DNA of 64,000 nucleotides from the NCBI RefSeq assembly GCF_009914755.1, contig NC_060933.1. The stretch is one strand, 5' to 3'. Positions within the stretch are counted from its first letter, which is position 1. Every line of letters begins with the position of its first letter. Below are positions 57,992-64,000 of this stretch, piece after piece. Under the pieces are notes generated by a model, which had not been told where the DNA came from, ran no database searches, and was given only the letters and a program-made list of their open reading frames with translations. The position numbers were made by a program, and so were the translations under genes. Source of the DNA: the human T2T-CHM13v2.0 reference genome, Homo sapiens.

Positions 57992-60900
57992 GAATGGAAT
58001 GGAATTGAATGGAATCAACCCGAGTGCAATGGAATGGAGTGGAATGGAATGGAATGGAATGGAACAACCCGAATGGAATCGAATGTAATGGAGAGTAAGG
58101 GAGTTGAATAGAATCAATCCGAATGTAATGGAATGGAATGGAATGGAATGGAATTGAACGGTATGGAATGGAATGCAATGGAATGGAATCAACCCGAGTG
58201 CAATGGAATGGAGAGGAATGGAATGGAATGGAATGGAAACTACCCGAATGGAATGGAATGTAATGGAGTGTAAGGGAATTGAATAGAATCAATCCGAATG
58301 GAATGGAATGGAATGGAACGGAATGGAATGGAATGGAATGGAATGGAATGGAATGGAATGCAATGGAATGGAATCAACCCGAGTGCAATCGAATGGAATC
58401 GAATGGAATGGAATGCAATGGAATGGATTCAACTTGAATGGAATGAAAACAATGGAATCAATACGAGTGGAATGGCATGGATTGGAATGGAATGGAATGG
58501 ATTGGAATCAACCCGAGTACAGGGGAATGGAATGGAATGGAATGCAATGGAATGGAATCATCCGTAATATAATGGAAAGGAATGGAATGGAATGGAATGG
58601 AATGGAATGGAATCGAATGGAATGGAATGGAATCAACCCGAGTGCAGGGGAATGTAATGGAACGGAATGCAATGGAATGGAATCATCCGGAATGGAATGG
58701 AATGGAATGGAATGCAAAGCCATGGAATCAACTCGATTGCAATGGAATGGAATGGAATGGAAAGGAATAGAATGGAATCAACCCGAGTGTAATGGAATGG
58801 AAAGGACTGGAATGGAGTGGAATGGAATGGAATCGAATGGAATGGAATGGAATCAACTCGATTGGAATGGAATGGAATGGAATGGAATGGAATGGAATGG
58901 AATGGAATTAACCCGAATAGAATGGAATGGAATGGAATGGAACGGAATGGAATGGAATGGAATGGAATGGAATGGAATGGAATGGAATGGAATTAACCCG
59001 ACTGCCGGGGAATGGAATGGAATGGAATGGAATGGAATGGAATGGAATCATCCGGAACGGAATGGAATGGAATGGAATGGAATCAACTCGATTGCAATGG
59101 AATGGAAGGCAATGGAATGGAATCGAATGCAATGGAATGGAATTAACCAGAATAGAATGGAATGGAATGGAATGGAACGGAATGGAATGGAATGGAATGG
59201 AATGGAATGGAATGGAATCAACCCGAGTGCAGGGGAATGGAATGGAATGGAATGCAATGGAATGGAATCATCCGGAATGGAATGGAATGGAATGGAATGC
59301 CATCAACCTGATGCAATGGAATGGAGTGGAATGGAATGGAATGGAATAGAAACATCCCGAATGGAATGGAATGTAACGGAGTGTAAGGGAATTGAATAGA
59401 ATCAATCCGAATGTAATGGAATGGAATGGAATGAAATGGAATGGAATGGAATGGAATGGAATCAACCCGAGTGCAATGGAATGGATTCGAATGGAATGGA
59501 ATGGAATGGAATGGATTCAACAAGAATGGAATGGAAAGGAATGGAATCAACCCGAGTGTAATGGCATGGAATGGAACGCAATGGAATCGGATGGAATGGA
59601 ATGGTACGGAATAGAATGGAATGGAATGAAATGGAATGGAATGGAATGGAATGGAATGGAATGGAATGAACCCGTGTGCAATGGAATGGAATGGAATGGA
59701 ATGGATTCAACTCGAATGGAATCAACTCGATTGCAATGGAATGGAATGGAATGGAAAGGAAGAGAATGGAATCAACCCGAGTGGAATGGAATGGAAAGGA
59801 CTGGAATGGAGTGGAATGCAATGGAATGGAATTAACCCTAATAGAATGAAATGGAACGGAATGGAACGGAATGTAATGCAATGGAATCGAATGGAATCAA
59901 CCCGAGTGCAGGGGAATGGAATGGAATGGAATGCAATGCAATGGAATCATCCGGAATGGAATGGAATGGAATGGAATGGAATGGAATGGAATGGAATGGA
60001 ATCAACTCGAATTCAATGGAATGGAATGGAATAGAATGGAATGGAATTAACACGAATAGAATGGAATGGAATGGAATGGAATGGAACAGAAAGGAATGGA
60101 ATGGAATGGAATGGAATCAACCCAAGTGCAGGGGAATGGAATGGAATGGAATTCAATGGAATGGAATCATCCGGAATGGAATGGAATGGAATGGAAAGGA
60201 ATGGAATGGAATGGAATGGAATCAACCCGAGTGCAATGGAATGGAGAGGAATGGAATGGAATGGAATGGAAACTACCCGAATGGAATGGAATGTAATGGA
60301 GTGTAAGGGAATTGAATAGAATGAATCCGAATGGAATGGAATGGAATGGAAAGGAATGGAATGGAATGGAATGGAATGCAAAGCCATGGAATCAACCCAA
60401 GTGCAATCGAATGGAATCGAATGGAATGGAATGCAATGGAATGGATTCAACTTGAATGGAATGGAAAGAATGGAATCAACACGAGTGGAATGGCATGGAT
60501 TGGAATGGAATGGAATGGAATCAACCCGAGTACAGGGGAATGGAATGGAATGGAATGAAATGGAATGGAATCATACGTAATGTAATGGAAAGGAATGGAA
60601 TGGAATGGAATGGAATGGAATGGAATGGAATCAACTCGATTGCAATCGAATGGAATGGAATGGAATTAACCCGCATAGAATGGAATGGAATGGAATGGAA
60701 TGGAACGGAACGGTTCGGAATGGAATGGAATGGAATGGAATGGAATGGAATGGAATCAACACGAGTGCAGGGGAATGGAATGGAATGGAATGCAATGCAA
60801 TGGAATCTTCCGGAATGGAATGGAATGGAATGCAATGGATTCAACTCGATTGCAATGGAATGGAATAGAATGGAATGGAATGGAATGGAATGGAATTAAC

Positions 60901-63900
60901 CCGAATAGAATGGAATGGAATGGAATGGAACGGAACGGAAAGGAACGGAACGGAACGGAATGGAATGGAATGGAATGCAGTTGTATGGAATGGAATGGAA
61001 TGGTAAGGAATAGAATGGAATGGAAAGAATTGGAATGGAATGGAATCGAATGGAATGGAATGGAATGGAATGGAATCAACCCGAGTGCAAGGGAATGTAA
61101 TGGAACGGAATGTAATGGAATGGAATCATCCGGAATGGAATGGAATGGAATGGAATGGAATGGAATGGAATGGAATCAACCCGAGTGCAATGGAATGGAG
61201 TGGAATGGAATGGAATGGAATGGAACAACCCGAATGGAATGGAATGTAATGGAGAGTAAGGGAGTTGAATAGAATCAATCCGAATGTAATGGAATGGAAT
61301 GGAACGGAATGGAATTGAATGGAATGGAATGGAATGCAATGGAGTGGAATCAACCCGAGTGCAATGGAATGGAGAGGAATGGAATGGAATGGAATGGAAA
61401 CTACCCGAATGGAATGGAATGTAATGGAGTGTAAGGGAATTGAATAGTATCAATCCGAATGTAATGCAATGGAATGGAACGGAATGGAATGGAATGGAAT
61501 GGAATGGAATGGAATGGAATGGAATCGTTCGGAGTGGAATAGGAGGGAATGTATTCGAGTGGAATGGAAAGGAATGGAATCAACCAGAGTGGAATGGAAG
61601 GGAATGGAATGGAATGGAAACTAATAGACTGGAATCAACCCGAGTGGAATGGAATGGAAAGGACTGGAATGGAATGGAATGGAATGGAATGGAATCAACT
61701 CGATTGTAATGGAATGGAATGGAATGGAATGGAATGGAATGGAATGGAATGGAATGGAATTAACCCGAATACAATGGAATGTAATGGAATGGAATGGAAT
61801 GGAACGGAATGGAGTGGAATGGAATGGATTCAACACGAGTGCAGGGTAATGGAATGGAATGGAATGCAATGGAATGGAATCATCCGGAATGGAATGGAAT
61901 GGAATGGAATGCAAAGCAATGGAATCAACTCGATTGCAATGGAAAGGAATGGAATGGAAAGGAATAGAATGGAATCAACCTGATTGGAATGGAATGGAAA
62001 GGACTAGAAAGGAGTGGAATGGAGTGGAATGGAATGGAATGGAATGGAATGCAATGGAATGGTATGGAATGGAATGGAATGGTACGGAATAGAATGGAAT
62101 GGAAGGAATTGTAATGGAATGGAATTCAATGGAATGGAATGGAATGGAATGGAATCAACGCGAGTGCAGGGGAATGTAATGGAACGGAATGCAATGGAAT
62201 GGAATCATCCGGAATGGAATGGAATGGAATGGAATGGAATGGAATCAACCCGAGTGCAATGGAATGGAGAGGAATGGAATGGAATGGAAAGAAAATACCC
62301 GAATGGAATGGAATGTAATGGAGTGTAAGGGAATTGAATAGAATCAATCCGAATGGAATGGAATGGAATGGAACGGAATGTAATGGAATGGAATTTAATG
62401 GAATCAACCCGAGTGCAGGGGAATGGAATGGAATGGAATGCAATGGAATGGAGTCATCCGGAATGGAATGGAATGGAATGCAATGGAATGGAATCAACCC
62501 GAGTACAATGGAATGGAATGGAATGGAATGGAATGGAATGGAATGGAATGGAATGCCTTCAAACCTAATGGAATGGAAAGGAATGGAATCAACACGAGTG
62601 GAATGGAATGGAATGGAATGGAATGGAATGGAATGGAGTGGAATGGACTGGAATGGAATGGAATGGAATGGAATGGAATGATACGGAATAGAATAGAATG
62701 GAACGAAATGGAATGGAATGGAATGGAATGGAATGGAATGGAATGGAATGGAATGAAATGGAATGGAATGGAATGGAATGGAATCAACCCGAGTGCAGGG
62801 GAATGGAATGGAATGGAATGCAATGGAATGGAATGGAATGGAATGGAATGGAATGGAATGGAATGGAATCAACCCGAGTGGAATGGCATGGAATGGAATG
62901 CAATGGAATGGAATGGAATGGAATCAACTCGAGTGGAAAGGAATGGAATGGAATGGAAAGGAATGGAATGAAGTCAACTCGAGTGGAATGGAATGGAATG
63001 GAATGGATTGGAATGGATTGCAATGGAATGAAATGGAATGGAATGGAATGGAATCAATCATTCCGAGTTGAATGGAAGGGAATGTAATGGAGTGGAAAGA
63101 AGGGAATGGAATCAACCCGAGTGGAATGCAAGGCAATGGAATGGAATGGAAAGGAATGGAATGGAATCAACTCGATTGCAATGGAAAGGAAAGGAATGGA
63201 ATGGAATGGAAAGGAATGGAATGGAATGAAATGGAATGGAATGGAATGCAATGGAATGGAATCAACCCGAATGCAATCGAATGGAATCGAATGGAATGGA
63301 ATGCAATGGAATGGATTCAACTTGAATGGAATGGAAAGAATGGAATCAACACGAGTGGAATGGCATGGATTGGAATGGAATGGAATGGAATCAACCCGAG
63401 TACAGGGGAATGGAATGGAATTGAATGCAATGGAATGGAATCATCCGTAATGGAATGGAATGGAATGGAATGGAATTGAATGGAATGGAACGGAACGGAA
63501 CGGAATGGAATGGAATGGAATGGAATGGAATGGAATGGAATCAAAGCGAGTGCAGGGGAATGGAATGGAATGGAATGCAATGGAATGGAATCTTCCGGAA
63601 TGGAATGGAATTGAATGCAATGGAATGAAATGCAATGGATTCAACTCGATTGCAATGGAATGGAATAGAATGGAATGGAATGGAATGGAATGGAATTAAT
63701 CTGAATAGAATGGAATGGAATGGAATGGAACGGAATGGAACCGAATGGAATGGAATGGAATGGAATGGATTGGAATGGTATGGAATGGAATGGAATGGTA
63801 CGGAATAGAATGGAATGGAACGAACTGTAATGGAATGGGATTGAATGGAATGGAATGGAATGGAATGGAATCAACGCGAGAGCAGGGGAATGTAATGGAA

Positions 63901-64000
63901 CGGAATGCAATGGAATGGAATCATCCGGAATGGAATGGAATGGAAAGGAATTGAATGGAATGGAATCAACCCGAGTGAAATGGAATGGAATGGAATGGAA
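57992..64000 (+). repeat. Copy B of the 27.29 kb-offset direct repeat (runs off the window end)
   Basis: Same private variants as 30706-36709 (GAACGGTATGG, CCGTAATATAAT, GACTGCCGGGG, GGACTAGAAAGG, CAATCATTCCGAGTTG). Only a few pentamer indels and substitutions seen. Confidence 0.95.

Larger units (their letters stand above)
18241..63601. promoter_or_regulatory. ~26 dispersed perfect heat shock element matches (GGAATCTTCCGGAAT = nGAAnnTTCnnGAAn)
   Basis: 15-mers starting at about 18241, 19624, 21556, 26100, 28448, 30665, 33511, 36296, 37979, 38642, 39276, 41702, 42625, 44298, 45861, 46704, 47598, 48352, 48626, 50604, 52984, 54547, 55385, 57103, 60802, 63587. Motif match only. Confidence 0.55.
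5779..64000 (+). repeat. Satellite 3 (HSat3/SatIII) array, right arm; G-rich (GGAAT)n strand on +
   Basis: Continuous GGAAT pentamers with CAACCCGAGT, CAACTCGATT, TAACCCGAAT, GGAGAGTAAGGGAGTTGAATAG and GGAATAGGAGGGAATGTATTCGAG variant motifs to the end of the window; no unique sequence seen. Confidence 0.96.

Noticed and set aside
1-64000. Hundreds of ORFs (up to 435 aa, e.g. 16497-17804, 54865-56127, 31022-32113)
   Set aside because: (GGAAT)n and (ATTCC)n have no stop codon in any frame and give poly-MEWNG or poly-IPFHS. The ORFs overlap in all six frames and show no domain content. Repeat translation as described for SCA31 (TGGAA)n cannot be inferred from sequence.
1-64000. Transposon or unique-sequence insertion (Alu, L1, ERV), including at the inversion
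   Set aside because: No poly-A tail, target-site duplication or non-satellite stretch seen; even the most diverged motifs parse as pentamer derivatives.
57992-64000. 27.3 kb repeat as a plain assembly duplication artefact
   Set aside because: The copies differ by substitutions and pentamer indels and have a structured junction. Not fully excluded without read support.

Overview
The whole 64 kb window is primate (human-type) Satellite 3 DNA (HSat3/SatIII): (GGAAT)n/(ATTCC)n pentamers interrupted by CAACCCGA(G/A)T-type decamers and a small vocabulary of longer variant motifs. I see no credible protein-coding gene, RNA gene, transposon or CRISPR array. All ORFs in the track are by-products of a stop-free pentamer (poly-MEWNG / poly-IPFHS). 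The array does have real internal structure. (1) A clean strand switch at ~5779-5780 (ATTCC to GGAAT) has fold-back features and a mirror arrangement of two sequence sub-lineages around it. (2) A young ~3.86 kb tandem higher-order repeat (~2.9 copies) starts ~200 bp after the switch. (3) A near-identical direct repeat of at least 6 kb lies 27.29 kb apart, with an apparently templated ~88 bp junction. (4) There are nested tandem duplications of ~9.1 kb, 1.56 kb, 729 bp, 390 bp and 40-75 bp. (5) About 29 perfect three-unit heat shock elements (gGAAt-cTTCc-gGAAt) are created by one pentamer variant and are absent from the 3.2-18.2 kb zone. (6) Pentamer register slips are almost exclusively -1. 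Coordinates and counts were read by eye and from ORF-track offsets, so boundaries are approximate (tens of bp). Species, chromosome and HSat3 subfamily cannot be fixed without alignment.
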